A DNA stretch of 64,000 nt, taken from the NCBI GenBank assembly GCA_963717145.1, contig OY970325.1, positions 2,336,001 to 2,400,000 on the forward strand, given 5' to 3'. Positions 30,202-41,058 of the stretch are shown here, piece by piece. Under the pieces are notes generated by a model. The model was not told the DNA's origin and did not search any database. It saw only the letters and a program-made list of their open reading frames with translations. Within the stretch, counting starts at the first letter, position 1. Every line of letters starts with the position of its first letter. This DNA comes from an uncultured Armatimonadetes bacterium (GTDB lineage Bacteria > Armatimonadota > UBA5829 > DTJY01). A program made the translations under genes and the position numbers.

Positions 30202-32944
30202 TCAGAGCGGGACGATGTCGGTCTGCGCGAGGACGAGGAGGCCGGGGGACTCGATGAGGGCGGTGAGCTTGACACGGGCGCCGATGCCCGGGCGGGTGAC
30301 GGTGGGGAGGTATGAGACCGGGAGGCCGCCGGGGATGGGTGAGCCGTCGTCGAGGTAGAACTTGCCCGTCCCGTGCGCGGAGACCTCTCCGATCACCCTC
30401 ACCATCAGCCCGACGTTGTTCAGCCCGATCCCCCAGGGACTCCCCTTCTGACCCGCGACCGGCGGCCCGGCGGAGTAGAAGTAGTCCAGTCCCCCGATGT
30501 CCCTCGCGATAAGGAGCGGCGCGCACGGGATCTCCGTGCTGCCCGTAGTAGTGACAATCGCGTCGGTCAGCTCGCGGGTGTCGGCGTTGGTGCTCAATCG
30601 GCCCGCGAGGGTCAGCGTCGTGCCGGGCGTGATCGAGGGCAGGCTGCCGACGCCCTTCGTGACCTTGATGCCGACCATGTTGCCGATCTGGCGCACGGCC
30701 ATGGTGTCGGAAACCGGCGCATGCGTAAGGACGAGGTTCGGGATCTCGACCCACTTGCCGTCCGGGAGCTTCTTCGCCTCCGCCAATGTGAGCGGGCCCT
30801 GGGCGACCCTGATGCCGTCGGACGCCATCACGCTGCTCCACTGATTGTGCGGATTCCGCGCCTTCGCCAGAACGTAGTAGGTCAGCCCGCTCGTGAGCGT
30901 CATGCTTCTGGTCCCTGAGTCGTGGCTCCGAGCCATCCGCCACCGGGGCTGATGATGCCGGCCTCACTGGGGGTGCTGCTGATCGCATACATGTACTGGA
31001 TGACGCCGGACTCGGGGTCGGATGCGCTCCATGTGCCGTGGACGCTCCCCGTACCGGTCTGGTACGCGCCGTCATCGAGGACGGACAGCATCACCGGGGG
31101 CGTGGCGACCTCGGCTATCGAGGCGTCATCCGCATAGGCCCAACTCGGCCCGATGCCGCCCTCGTTGTACTGCCCGAACTTGAAGAAGATGGAGATGCCG
31201 CCTGAGGTGGCGGTGACGGTCGTGTTGTAGTGCAGCCAGGCATTCTGCCCGCCGCTTTCGAGCTTGGTGTAGATGACGCTCGCCGCCTCGCCGTTCGAGG
31301 TCTGGCCGGTGAGATCGTATCCGACCTCGGCCCACGGACCCGCATCGGTCGACTGGAAGCGGACCCATCCGTCGAGGACGTACTGACGCCCGGGAGTGAC
31401 CCCACCGGCGGCCTGACATATCCCGCCATGTACGCGCAGGCGGTCCGCCCTGCCCCACTGCTGAGCGTGGCTCCCGGCGTGGAGGGTGGCCGTGGAGTCG
31501 GAGAAGGTGATCGAATTGACCAGCCCGAGGTCCACGACTTCCATCCGGTCGCGACGCCGCTTCCCTGGAATCCGCCCTCGAAGTTGCCGTTGGTCAGCAT
31601 GTTGTCGCCGATCCTGGTGAGCACGAAATCCTGCGTGGTCGAGCCGCCGGACGCGACGTTGACGCCGGAGATGGTCTGGTAGCAGTACGACAGCTTTGAG
31701 GCGGTCATCTGGTATGTGCCCGGAGCGACATCGGGGATCGTGTAGTAGCCGCTGCCGTTGGTCATGGCTGAGTATCCGCCCGTGCTCGTGACGATCTGCG
31801 TGTTGGTCATGATCTGGCCGCCACGAGTTCTCGCATAGCCGCTGATCGTGCCGGGCACAGGTGGCGGCTCGGGCCACCGGTATGCCTGAGCCACCGCCGC
31901 ATCGAGGTCGCTCAGTATCTGGCCCTTGTACGCGCTGCCGTCGATGTTCCATCCATCGCACCCGTTGCACCATCGGTACATGTTGACGCAGCGGAAGACC
32001 GGCTTCCCGCTGGTGACGGCGGTCTGGTTGTAGCGGTTGATCTCGGCGAAGATCTCCTGCATCCAGCCGGGCTCGTAGTGGCTGGCCCCGTTCTCCGGAT
32101 GCCCGCCTTTCCAGTAGTAGACGCCGTTGCACTCGGTCGCATAGAGCGGCAGGTGATAGAGGTCGCTCGGGATGCCGTAGTCGATCCAGTCCTTGTAGAC
32201 GTAGAAGCTGAAATACAGGTCTCTGCCGCCCGCATTGACCTTCCAGTTGCTGTGGATGTCGTTGTACGTGTAGCCCCTGGAGTTGATGTGCAGGGCCATG
32301 CCGTCGATGCCGCCGCTCGTCTTGATGGCGGTGAGCATCTGGTTGAGGTAATCGACCCAGTTGAGCGGGCAGCCGTCGTGGGTCCATTGGTCGAACACGC
32401 CGGGACCGTACGGGCCGCCGAACGGTCCGAGCGCCTGAGAGACGACCTTGTGGGACGGCCTTACCGCTTTGATCGCGTTGTAGACGAGCCGGAAGCAGTT
32501 GGCGTAGTCCTGAGGCGAAACGTAGGGCTTGTTGCCACCGTCGGGAGGCCACTCGACCGCCAGATTGGTCTCGTTGCCGATCACCCATATCTCGCAGCCG
32601 GGTGAGTTCTGCACGAAATTGGCGCATCTCTGGGCGAAATCGGCGTAATATGCGCGGAGAGGGATCGTGCCGACATCGCTGTATCCGTTGTTGATCCGGC
32701 AGACGACGGTGTGGCCCTGGTTCGAGAAGCCGGTGAAGTTGACGCCGCTCTGGTCGCCCGGATTGTGTCCGACCGCGACCGTGGAGGTGAGCCATCCGCC
32801 GGTGACGGTGCCCTGCTTGACGTGATTCAGCCACTCGGTTGGCGCAGGATCGGTGTCGTGGATGCCGTATATGAACGGGCTCTCGGCGGCGGATGCGCCG
32901 GAAGCGATCAACAGCAGGATTGCCAGGATGTAACGAACTCGCAT
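30202..32944 (-). CDS. Secreted clan-A glycoside-hydrolase-like modular protein, split by frameshifts near 31520 and 30914
   Basis: Signal peptide; IGNETN and YATECN glutamate motifs; carboxypeptidase-regulatory-like, CBM-like (LTNGNFEG) and Fn3-like segments; three track ORFs join end to end. Confidence 0.7.
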
Positions 32945-33034
32945 GTATTACTCCAAGAAGGTTTCCCCACCCCTTAGACTATCACACGAGCGCCGGGATG
33001 ACAATCGGTAAATATACCTGGAGTTGCGTGGACC

Positions 33035-33129
33035 GACCCCTCCCCAGCCCTCCCCGCAACGGAGAGGGAGCGCCCCCGCCGGCAAGAGAGGTGCTCCCTC
33101 TCCGTTGCGGGGAGGGGCGGGGAGGGGTC
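33035..33129. repeat. REP-like palindrome CCCTCCCCGCAACGGAGAGGGAGC...GCTCCCTCTCCGTTGCGGGGAGGG
   Basis: Long near-perfect inverted repeat between genes. Confidence 0.8.
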
Positions 33130-33138
33130 TTCCGGTCG

Positions 33139-34923
33139 TCAGTGGGTCGGAGTATGTGGTGACAGCTCGACCTTGTCGGCGGCGAGTTCGGCGGCGCGCT
33201 CCCTCGCGAGGGTACGGCGATCCTCCTCGGAGAGGCGCTTGAGTTGCGCGGTCAGGGGCACACTGCGGGGAGTGCCGTCCGAGAGCACGAGATTGAACTG
33301 AAGGCTGTTCACGGGGTCGCCCTTCTTCGCGATGCGGATCGTGCACTTCCGCAGACCCGCCTCGTCTTCCTTTACCGCCATGACGTTCGCCCAGTCGGTG
33401 AGCCGTGCGAACTGGTCGGCATCCAGCTTCGAGACGGACAGGCCTTCCGGGGTGCACGCCTGATCCTCGAACGCCGAGCCGAGCATCCGCACCATCCGCC
33501 CGGTCCGGGGGAACCACCTCGCCTGCCATGCTTGAGGGATGAACCGGAATCCTCCCCAGTACGTCTGCCGGTCGCGAAGGCATGCGATGTCGAGCAGATC
33601 GTCGAGCGAGAGTCCGCCGGTCTCCGTCACCCTTCGCCACCAGTGCTCCTGGAGAGTCATCGGCGGCTCCTCCGGCAGCGGTCGGAGGAACCATTTGTTC
33701 GCGCGGAACCGGAGCGTGCCCTCCTCTACCTGGCAGGAGTAGTCCATCCTGACACATACATCGCGGACGAGCTTGTCAAGCGGTTCGTCCGTGTATTCCG
33801 GCAGCGGGTCCTCCTGGAAATACCAGTTGGCGATGACATTCACCTTCCCCCGCCGGGCGACAGCCTCCAGGGCGTGACCGAGCAGGATATCGCCGCCGTG
33901 GTACAACTCCTTGCGGTCGCTCTTGACGGTGACGAGGGTCTCGGAAGTGAGCGGATCGCCCTCTACTCTCCCCGGCGGCGCTTCCGGCAGGTTGAGGAAA
34001 TCGGACTCGCCCTCGGTGTAGTGGGGCCAGCCGTTCATGCATCTCCACGCGGGTTCGTCTCCCCGGGCGGGCAGCGACAGGTACAGAGTGAGGTGAGGCG
34101 CGCCGAAGACGCTGGGCCGCCAGTGCTTGAACCGCACCATCGACTTCTCGATCTCGGCCAGGGTGTAGGGCACAAACGCCGGATCTTGTGTGACATACGC
34201 GTTGAGGGTCTTGAGGACTCCCGTCTTCATCTCCGCCGACAGCTCGGCATAGCTCCATCCCATGCCGACGTCGTTGATGCAGCCGCGAATGGTCTCCTTG
34301 TCCATGAGGTTGATCAGCCGGAGCAACTCCTGCTTCGACGGGTCCGATGCGGTCTTGTACAGGCGCGGGTTGGTCTGAGCCATCCGCGCGAGTTCGGCCG
34401 GATTGTCGAGCGTTTTCGTGGCCTGGTCAATCGCATCGAGGAGCGCCTCGACCTTCGCTGCTTCCTGGTCGCTGCGAACCTGCTCCCTGCGCTTGGCGTG
34501 GACCAGGTCTTCGAAGAGTTCGTAGGTCCACGCGTCCTTCTGACCCTTCGCCAGCCAGAAGTAACCGTAGAGCGCGGAGATCTCCGACATGACATCGCGG
34601 AGGGGCGTCTGTTGGAAATAGACGATTGGCCGTTCGCCCGAGATTTCCTTCGCCACGACGAGACTGACGCCGGTCGCCTTCCGGAGGTCCGCGAACAGGT
34701 CCTTCATGTTCGTGCTCTTGACGGCGATGTCCACCTTCACATCGAGGCGCTTGTCCTGGTCGAACTCCGCCGGCATCTTCGGCGACGTCTCGTCGAACGG
34801 CGAGTAGAGCTTCGGCGCCTCGGCGGATGCCTGCTCGGTCGCCGCGTAACATGCGGCGGTCAGGAGCACGAGGCATGCTGCGGCGTGGAGAACGGACCGG
34901 AATGACTTCGAAACGCTGAACAT
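33139..34923 (-). CDS. Secreted hypothetical protein with secretin-N/STN-like domains (paralog B)
   Basis: Signal peptide; DKRLDVKVDIAVK..MKDLFADLRKATGV; long identical blocks shared with 34968..36743. Confidence 0.7.
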   Translation of the reverse strand: MFSVSKSFRSVLHAAACLVLLTAACYAATEQASAEAPKLYSPFDETSPKMPAEFDQDKRLDVKVDIAVKSTNMKDLFADLRKATGVSLVVAKEISGERPIVYFQQTPLRDVMSEISALYGYFWLAKGQKDAWTYELFEDLVHAKRREQVRSDQEAAKVEALLDAIDQATKTLDNPAELARMAQTNPRLYKTASDPSKQELLRLINLMDKETIRGCINDVGMGWSYAELSAEMKTGVLKTLNAYVTQDPAFVPYTLAEIEKSMVRFKHWRPSVFGAPHLTLYLSLPARGDEPAWRCMNGWPHYTEGESDFLNLPEAPPGRVEGDPLTSETLVTVKSDRKELYHGGDILLGHALEAVARRGKVNVIANWYFQEDPLPEYTDEPLDKLVRDVCVRMDYSCQVEEGTLRFRANKWFLRPLPEEPPMTLQEHWWRRVTETGGLSLDDLLDIACLRDRQTYWGGFRFIPQAWQARWFPRTGRMVRMLGSAFEDQACTPEGLSVSKLDADQFARLTDWANVMAVKEDEAGLRKCTIRIAKKGDPVNSLQFNLVLSDGTPRSVPLTAQLKRLSEEDRRTLARERAAELAADKVELSPHTPTH

Positions 34924-34967
34924 AATGGCTGACCCCTTTCACACAAGAGAGAACACGGCTTGGCTTG

Positions 34968-36743
34968 TTACTTTCCCTCCGCTGACAGCTCGACCTTGTC
35001 GGCAGCGAGTTCGGCTGCCCGCTCCTCCGCAAGGGTGCGGCGGTCCTCCTCGGAGAGGGTCGCGACTCGCGCGGTCATGGTTATGGTGCGGATCTTGCCG
35101 TCAGGGAGCGTGAGCATGAAGCGGATGAGGTCTACCGGAACACCGCTCTTCTCGATACGGATCACGGACCCCATCAGCACTTCCTTCTCCCTGACCCCCA
35201 TGACGCGCCCCCACTCTTCGAGCTTGGCGAGCTGCTCGGAGCTCAGCCTCGAGACTGCCAGGCCTTCGGGGGTACCCGCCTGATCCTCCAGAGCCGGGCC
35301 GAGCGTCCGCACGATCCTCGCGGTCGTTGGGAACAGCCGGGCCTGGTATGCCTGCGGAATGAACCGGAAGCCGCCCCAGAACGTCTGCCGGCCGCGGAGA
35401 TTCGCGATGTCCACCAGGTCCTCCAGCGAGAGCCCGCCGGTCTCGAAGATCCTGCGCCACCAGTGCTCCTGGAGCGTCATCGGCGGCTCCTCCTGAAGCG
35501 GCTGGAGGAACCACTTGTTGCATCGGAACCGGATCGTATTCCCCTCAACCTGGCAGGAGTAGTCCATCTTGAGGCACGCGTCCCTGACGAACTTGTCCAG
35601 CGGCTCATCCTCGCAGAGGGGGAACGGTGTCTCCTGGTAGTAGTAGTCGGCGATAACATTCAGGTTCGCCTGCTTCGCGATCGCCTCCAGCACGTCTTGG
35701 GCAAGGATCGCACCGTAGTGGAACACCTCGTACTTCTTCTCGACGGTGATCTTCACGTCCTTCGAAAGCGGATCGCCGGTCACTTTCCCCGCGGGCTGTT
35801 CGGCCATGCTCAGCAGATCGGGCTCTCCATCCTGGTAAGCGGGCCAGTCTTCGTACAGCTTCATCCCGCCGGTCCCGTCCGCCTTCGCCGGGAAATGCAC
35901 TATGAGAATGAGGTGCGGAGGAGTGAAGACGCTTGCCCGCCACCGCTTGATCTGCACCCGGGACGAACCCAGGCTGTCGGCGGTCACCGGCGGGAAGTTC
36001 TCCGGAGTGCCCCCAGGCCCCATGTTGACGAAATCGACGACTCCGGCCTGCATCTCGGGCGAAAGCTTGGGGAAATCCCACCCCATTCCCAGGTCGTTGA
36101 CCAGAGTGCGAAGGAATCCCCTGTCTATCTGCCTGACGACGTTGAGGACTGCTCTCTTTCGAGTCACCGTCGCCGATGCATAGAGGCGCGGGTTGGTCTG
36201 CCGCAGCCGTTCAAGGGCCGCATCGTTTCCCAGGACCTCCGTACACATGTCGATGCACTTCATTAGCGCATCGACCTGCGCCGCTTCCTGGTCATTGCGC
36301 ACCTGCTCCCGTCGCTTGGCGTGGACCAGGTCCTCGAATAGCTCGTAGGTCCAGGCATCTTTCTGACCCTTCGCGAGCCAGAAGTAGCCGTATAGGACGG
36401 ATATCTCCGTCATCACATCGCGCAGGGGAGCGCCATGGAAGAAGACGATCGGACGCTCGCCTGAGAGTTCCTTGGCGACGACAACGTTCACGCCGGTCGC
36501 CTTCCGAAGGTCGGCGAAGAGGTCCTTCATGTTCTTGCTCTTGACGGCGATGTCGACCTTCACGTCAAGGCGCTTGTCCCCGGCGAACTCCGCCGGCATC
36601 TTCGGCGACTTCTCATCGAACGGCGAGTAGAGCTTCGACTGTTCCGCTGCTGCCGGCTCATCGGCGGAGAAACAGGCGACCTGAGACAGTAGGATGATCG
36701 CAAAGAGAATCAGACGGCATGAGTTTCGAGCACCGAGGAACAT
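34968..36743 (-). CDS. Secreted hypothetical protein with secretin-N/STN-like domains (paralog A)
   Basis: Same motifs as neighbour; shared LYGYFWLAKGQKDAWTYELFEDLVHAKRREQVR and EEPPMTLQEHWWRR. Confidence 0.7.
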   Translation of the reverse strand: MFLGARNSCRLILFAIILLSQVACFSADEPAAAEQSKLYSPFDEKSPKMPAEFAGDKRLDVKVDIAVKSKNMKDLFADLRKATGVNVVVAKELSGERPIVFFHGAPLRDVMTEISVLYGYFWLAKGQKDAWTYELFEDLVHAKRREQVRNDQEAAQVDALMKCIDMCTEVLGNDAALERLRQTNPRLYASATVTRKRAVLNVVRQIDRGFLRTLVNDLGMGWDFPKLSPEMQAGVVDFVNMGPGGTPENFPPVTADSLGSSRVQIKRWRASVFTPPHLILIVHFPAKADGTGGMKLYEDWPAYQDGEPDLLSMAEQPAGKVTGDPLSKDVKITVEKKYEVFHYGAILAQDVLEAIAKQANLNVIADYYYQETPFPLCEDEPLDKFVRDACLKMDYSCQVEGNTIRFRCNKWFLQPLQEEPPMTLQEHWWRRIFETGGLSLEDLVDIANLRGRQTFWGGFRFIPQAYQARLFPTTARIVRTLGPALEDQAGTPEGLAVSRLSSEQLAKLEEWGRVMGVREKEVLMGSVIRIEKSGVPVDLIRFMLTLPDGKIRTITMTARVATLSEEDRRTLAEERAAELAADKVELSAEGK

Positions 36744-36889
36744 GACACTTACCCCTTTCATCGGAGTCCGTGGATCGACGATAGAGCGACCGCCGGTATG
36801 ATAGCAGTTCGACGTTCACGTGGAGTATCCTCTCAGACTGGCGCGCAGGAATACGGGGCGCGGTCGCAGAAGGTAAAGGCAATGGTTTT

Positions 36890-36923
36890 GAGTAGGAGTA
36901 TGAGTAGGAGTATGAGTAGGAGC
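36890..36923. repeat. (GAGTAG GAGTAT)n array immediately before glmU
   Basis: About 5.5 hexamer units ending 5 nt before the ATG. Confidence 0.8.
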
Positions 36924-36928
36924 GGAAA

Positions 36929-38305
36929 ATGCCGGATATGATTGGGATCATCCTCGCCGCCGGGAAGGGCACGCGCATGAAGTCGAAGCTGCCGAAAGCC
37001 CTCCATCCGATATGCGGCAAACCGATCACCCGCTGGGTGATCGACGCGTGCAGAGACGCCGGGGTCGCGGACTGCGTGGTCGTGATCGGTCATGGCGCAG
37101 ACCAGGTCCGTGAGGGACTCGGCAGCGATGTCAGATATGCGGTCCAGGAACCGCAGCTTGGGACGGGTCATGCGTGCATGATGGCCCTCAAGGAGATCGA
37201 TGCCACAGAGGGCAATGTCCTGGTGGCGACCGGCGACACCGCTCTCCTGCGAATGGAAGTCCTCAGGCAACTGGCGGATGAGCACCTGAAGAGCGGCGCC
37301 GATGCTACCGTCCTCACCACCGTACTCGCCGATGCGAGTCACTACGGCCGAGTCATACGCGCTTCGGATGGCTCCGTGCAGGGCATAGTCGAGGCGAAGG
37401 ATTGCAGCCCGGAGCAGTTGGCGATTCGTGAGATGAACTCCGGGATCTTCTGCTTCAACCTGCCGCTGCTCCGAGAAGCCCTGACGCGAATCGAGCCGGC
37501 CAACGCTCAAGGAGAGTATTACCTGACCGACGTGATCGCCCTGATGGCAAACGATGGTCGCAGGGTCGGCGCGGTGATCTCCGATGACACGGATATCGCG
37601 CTCGGCGTCAACAATCGAGTCGATCTGGCGCACTTCAACGGCGTCATCCGGCGGCGCATCCTCGAGCGGCTGATGCTCGACGGCGTGACGATCATCGATC
37701 CGACCTCGACGTATCCCGACTATGACGTGCAAGTTGGGCCTGATACGGTGATCCACCCGATGACCGTCCTGGAGAAGGGCTGCAGGATCGGCGAGGGATG
37801 CGTAATCGGGCCGTCGACCCGCATGGTGAACGTGACTCTGGGGAACGAGGTGACGGTGCTCTCCTCGAATCTCGTCGACAGCACGGTCGGCGATGGGACG
37901 CACATCGGACCGTTCGCCAATATCAGGCCGGGATGCCGGATCGGGAGGAACGTCAAGATCGGCGATTTCGTCGAGGCGAAGAACTCTGAGATCGGCGATT
38001 CGGTATCCCTGGCGCACCTGGCCTACGTGGGCGACTCGACTGTCGGCGATCACGCGAATATCGGCGCGGGCACGATCACCTGCAACTACGACGGCCGCGT
38101 TAAGAACCGGACCACTATCGGCCGGAATGCGTTCGTCGGCTCGAACTCCACCCTGGTCGCCCCGGTCGAGATCGGCGAGGGCGCGTATGTGGCCGCCGGA
38201 TCGGTCATCACGGAGAACGTGCCGGCGGATGCCCTCGGGCTTGGCAGGAGCCATCAGACAGTCAAAGAGGGCTGGGCGAAACGGCGTCGAGAGGAATCAC
38301 CGTGA
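36929..38305 (+). CDS. glmU: Bifunctional UDP-GlcNAc pyrophosphorylase / GlcN-1-P acetyltransferase
   Basis: ILAAGKGTRMKS..PKALH, QLGTGHA, GEYYLTD, hexapeptide repeats, TCNYDG. Confidence 0.98.
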   Translation: MPDMIGIILAAGKGTRMKSKLPKALHPICGKPITRWVIDACRDAGVADCVVVIGHGADQVREGLGSDVRYAVQEPQLGTGHACMMALKEIDATEGNVLVATGDTALLRMEVLRQLADEHLKSGADATVLTTVLADASHYGRVIRASDGSVQGIVEAKDCSPEQLAIREMNSGIFCFNLPLLREALTRIEPANAQGEYYLTDVIALMANDGRRVGAVISDDTDIALGVNNRVDLAHFNGVIRRRILERLMLDGVTIIDPTSTYPDYDVQVGPDTVIHPMTVLEKGCRIGEGCVIGPSTRMVNVTLGNEVTVLSSNLVDSTVGDGTHIGPFANIRPGCRIGRNVKIGDFVEAKNSEIGDSVSLAHLAYVGDSTVGDHANIGAGTITCNYDGRVKNRTTIGRNAFVGSNSTLVAPVEIGEGAYVAAGSVITENVPADALGLGRSHQTVKEGWAKRRREESP

Positions 38306-38877
38306 AGCTGATCGTCGGTTTGGGCAACCCGGGCAGGCAGTACCACGGCACTCGACATAACGTAGGCTTCGAGGTGTTGGAAGTCCTGTCGAAGGCGCAC
38401 CGCATCCCGATCAAGGCGCGTCGGAGCAGAGCGGTCGTCGGCGAGGGAACGATCGGCGGACAAGAAGTCGTCCTTGCCAAGCCGCAGACGTTCATGAACC
38501 TGAGCGGCGAGGCGGTCGGCGCGCTTGCCCGACGGTATCGGATCGCCCCTGAGAACATTCTGGTCATCTACGACGACAGCAATCTCCCGCTCGGGAAGCT
38601 GAGAATCCGCACGAAGGGTTCGGCGGGCGGCCACAACGGAATGAAGTCGATCATCCACAGCCTCGGGAGCGATGAGTTCCCCCGAATCAGGCTGGGGATC
38701 GGATCGCCGGACCGACGCGAGATGATCGATCACGTGCTCAGCAAGTTCAAGCGGGCGGAGATTCCTGTCGTGCGAGATGCGATCCAGCACGCGGCGGAGG
38801 CGGTGGAGATGTATCTCTCCGAGGGCCCCGAGCCGACGATGAATCGGTTCAATACGGGGGTCGGGAGTGAGGTGTAG
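38302..38877 (+). CDS. pth: Peptidyl-tRNA hydrolase
   Basis: LIVGLGNPG..Y..TRHNVGF, KPQTFMNLSG, GGHNGMKS. Confidence 0.98.
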   Translation: MKLIVGLGNPGRQYHGTRHNVGFEVLEVLSKAHRIPIKARRSRAVVGEGTIGGQEVVLAKPQTFMNLSGEAVGALARRYRIAPENILVIYDDSNLPLGKLRIRTKGSAGGHNGMKSIIHSLGSDEFPRIRLGIGSPDRREMIDHVLSKFKRAEIPVVRDAIQHAAEAVEMYLSEGPEPTMNRFNTGVGSEV

Positions 38878-38931
38878 ATCTGAACCCGGAGCGTGTGCGA
38901 CTGTCGCTGAGCATGCTATAGGCGATGACAT

Positions 38932-39834
38932 ATGACTGACAGACCGGAAGATAACCAGCTTTGTGTGCTAGTATACGGTGGATGCTTCATTCCCAACTAT
39001 CTGGCGATGGAGTTGTTCTTGCGGGCCTGCAAGATTCCGTTCAGGGTACTGTCAGACGACGATATGGAGAGTTTCACTTTCCAGTCGAATCACAGGCTTT
39101 TCGTTTTTCCCACAGGACACTGTTTCGTCGATACCCCTGAGAATGCAATGGGTGGAAAGAAGGGAAGAGAGAATCTGAAACGCGCAGTGGCCAATGGCAT
39201 GAGCTACATGGGAATATGTGCTGGAGCGTTTGCAGCCACACAGAGATCCTATGCCCCGATTGACGTTGCCCTGGGCCTGGTTGGAATGCGCCACCGTTGG
39301 CCGAACGAGATGGGAGTTGGAGTGCAGTTCTTGACTGTCAAGGTTGCCCCGGACCTGGCGCGGGCAGCCGGCCTGGACCGGGATCTACTGCGCATGTGGT
39401 ATCATAACGGTCCGATCCTATCTGCCGGCACGACGACTGATCATCAGGTTCTGGCTGCGTTCCAGCCTAGCAGAGCAGAAAGGAAGATGGCAGGAGCGTT
39501 CTTCTTGAAAGGGAAGCATCTCTTGCACACACCTGCGGTTGTTGCCGTGAGATACGGAAACGGTCGGGTTGTTCTGTGTAGTCCCCACCCGGAACTCGGC
39601 GATATGGGAGTTCGTGATTATCAGAGCCTTATCAGGCAGTGGCTTGCAGATAACGGCTTCACTGATACCGAAGATGATCCGTTGCAGCCAGGAATGCCGG
39701 CTCATCGCAGATTCATGGATAGCCTTGGGGGGAAGCTGATGGAACCTGTCAGAAGAAGTCAGAACTGGAAATTCCTACTAGCCATCGTCGCTGACTTGGT
39801 GGAGACTCAGGGTGGTGGCCGCATGATTCTGTAA
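38932..39834 (+). CDS. Stand-alone BPL_N-like class I glutamine-amidotransferase-fold protein
   Basis: YMGICAGAF, YHNGP, YGNGRVVLCSPHPE. Confidence 0.7.
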   Translation: MTDRPEDNQLCVLVYGGCFIPNYLAMELFLRACKIPFRVLSDDDMESFTFQSNHRLFVFPTGHCFVDTPENAMGGKKGRENLKRAVANGMSYMGICAGAFAATQRSYAPIDVALGLVGMRHRWPNEMGVGVQFLTVKVAPDLARAAGLDRDLLRMWYHNGPILSAGTTTDHQVLAAFQPSRAERKMAGAFFLKGKHLLHTPAVVAVRYGNGRVVLCSPHPELGDMGVRDYQSLIRQWLADNGFTDTEDDPLQPGMPAHRRFMDSLGGKLMEPVRRSQNWKFLLAIVADLVETQGGGRMIL

Positions 39835-39938
39835 GGGTTGGAGGGCACGGTACCCAGGTTGGTTGCTTAGCCAGTGGCGGGGTATTAGGTTCCCAGCACT
39901 CCGATACTCCAATACTCCATTTTTCGTTTCTCGCTTGC

Positions 39939-39967
39939 TTGACAATCAGGAGACGCCGTGGTATATT
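39939..39967 (+). promoter_or_regulatory. Sigma70-type promoter with extended -10
   Basis: TTGACA-17 nt-TATATT with TG at the extended position. Confidence 0.65.
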
Positions 39968-40079
39968 CGCTGAGAGTTTCGGAGACACAGTCCCGACTCC
40001 CACCCGAGGATTCGGGACACCACCCGCATTGACCGGCAAGTCATGGATGATGCGACCCATAATCCGGGAGGTGAATCCG

Positions 40080-40337
40080 ATGGAGAAAGCACAAGCACGG
40101 GCCGAAATCAGCCCGGCAGTCGCGATGCTTGTCGTGATTCTGGTTCTGTCCATGGCGATCGGGATGGTGCTGTATTGTCTGCAGCACAACTCGGTTGGAA
40201 TCGCGGCGACAGGGTCGAGTCTGATCAGGGGACGGGCGATCAGCCCGCTGTCCCGAGGAGCGACAGGCATGGAGGCGCGGTCCAATCCCGATGCGCAGCA
40301 GAAGGCCGGGTCTCAAGCGGCGACACAGAAAGATTGA
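40080..40337 (+). CDS. Small single-TM hypothetical protein
   Basis: GGAGGTGA RBS; EISPAVAMLVVILVL hydrophobic helix; upstream promoter and downstream hairpin. Confidence 0.6.
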   Translation: MEKAQARAEISPAVAMLVVILVLSMAIGMVLYCLQHNSVGIAATGSSLIRGRAISPLSRGATGMEARSNPDAQQKAGSQAATQKD

Positions 40338-40364
40338 TTTTCGCAGAGTTCTGAGGTATGACTG

Positions 40365-40394
40365 AGGGTGCAGACACGTGCTGCACCCTTTTTT
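40365..40394 (+). terminator. Intrinsic terminator
   Basis: AGGGTGCAG...CTGCACCCT followed by TTTTT. Confidence 0.7.
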
Positions 40395-40419
40395 CATCTC
40401 ATGGCATGTAGGAGGGGGA

Positions 40420-41052
40420 ATGCAGTATTCTCAGCCGATCAGGGGAGTATACGTCATCACCGACTCGGTGCTTCGACCCGATCGGTCGCACATTGAAGTC
40501 GCCCGCGCGGCCATCGAAGGCGGCTCGAAGATCATCCAGTTGAGAGACAAGAACGCCTCCGACGCCGAACTGATACCGATCGCCAGGGAGATCCGCCGGA
40601 TCGCTTCCGAGGCAGGCGCGATCTTCATCGTTAACGACCGCATCGAGGTCGCGCTCGCGTCCGAGGCTGACGGGCTGCACATCGGCCAGGAGGATATGCC
40701 GCTTGTGGAGGCGCGAAAGCGTTGGCCCGACCGCCTCCTGGGCGTCTCGGTCACGACTTTCGAGCAGGCGATCGAGGCTGTGCGTGACGGCGCGGACCAC
40801 CTCGGAGTCGGCCCGATCTACTCGACCTCGACCAAGCTGGATGCGGCCGAGGTCACCGGGCTCGATCTCATAGGACGCATACGTCGCATATCTCCTATAC
40901 CCATCGTGGCGATCGGTGGGATCGGGCTCTCGAACATCGTGGAGGTCGCCCGAGCGGGCGCGGATTCTGCGGCGGTGATCTCGGCGGTGGTGTGCGCGGA
41001 TGACATGGTGGCGGCAACGCGGGCGCTGGTCGAGGCGTGGAATGCGAAATGA
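40420..41052 (+). CDS. thiE: Thiamine-phosphate synthase
   Basis: IQLRDK, FIVNDR, GLHIGQEDM, GPIYSTSTK, VAIGGI. Confidence 0.95.
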   Translation: MQYSQPIRGVYVITDSVLRPDRSHIEVARAAIEGGSKIIQLRDKNASDAELIPIAREIRRIASEAGAIFIVNDRIEVALASEADGLHIGQEDMPLVEARKRWPDRLLGVSVTTFEQAIEAVRDGADHLGVGPIYSTSTKLDAAEVTGLDLIGRIRRISPIPIVAIGGIGLSNIVEVARAGADSAAVISAVVCADDMVAATRALVEAWNAK

Positions 41053-41058
41053 CCGGTT

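Noticed and set aside
39968-40420. TPP riboswitch upstream of thiE
   Set aside because: GCTGAGA is present but the ACCTGA and downstream core motifs could not be found
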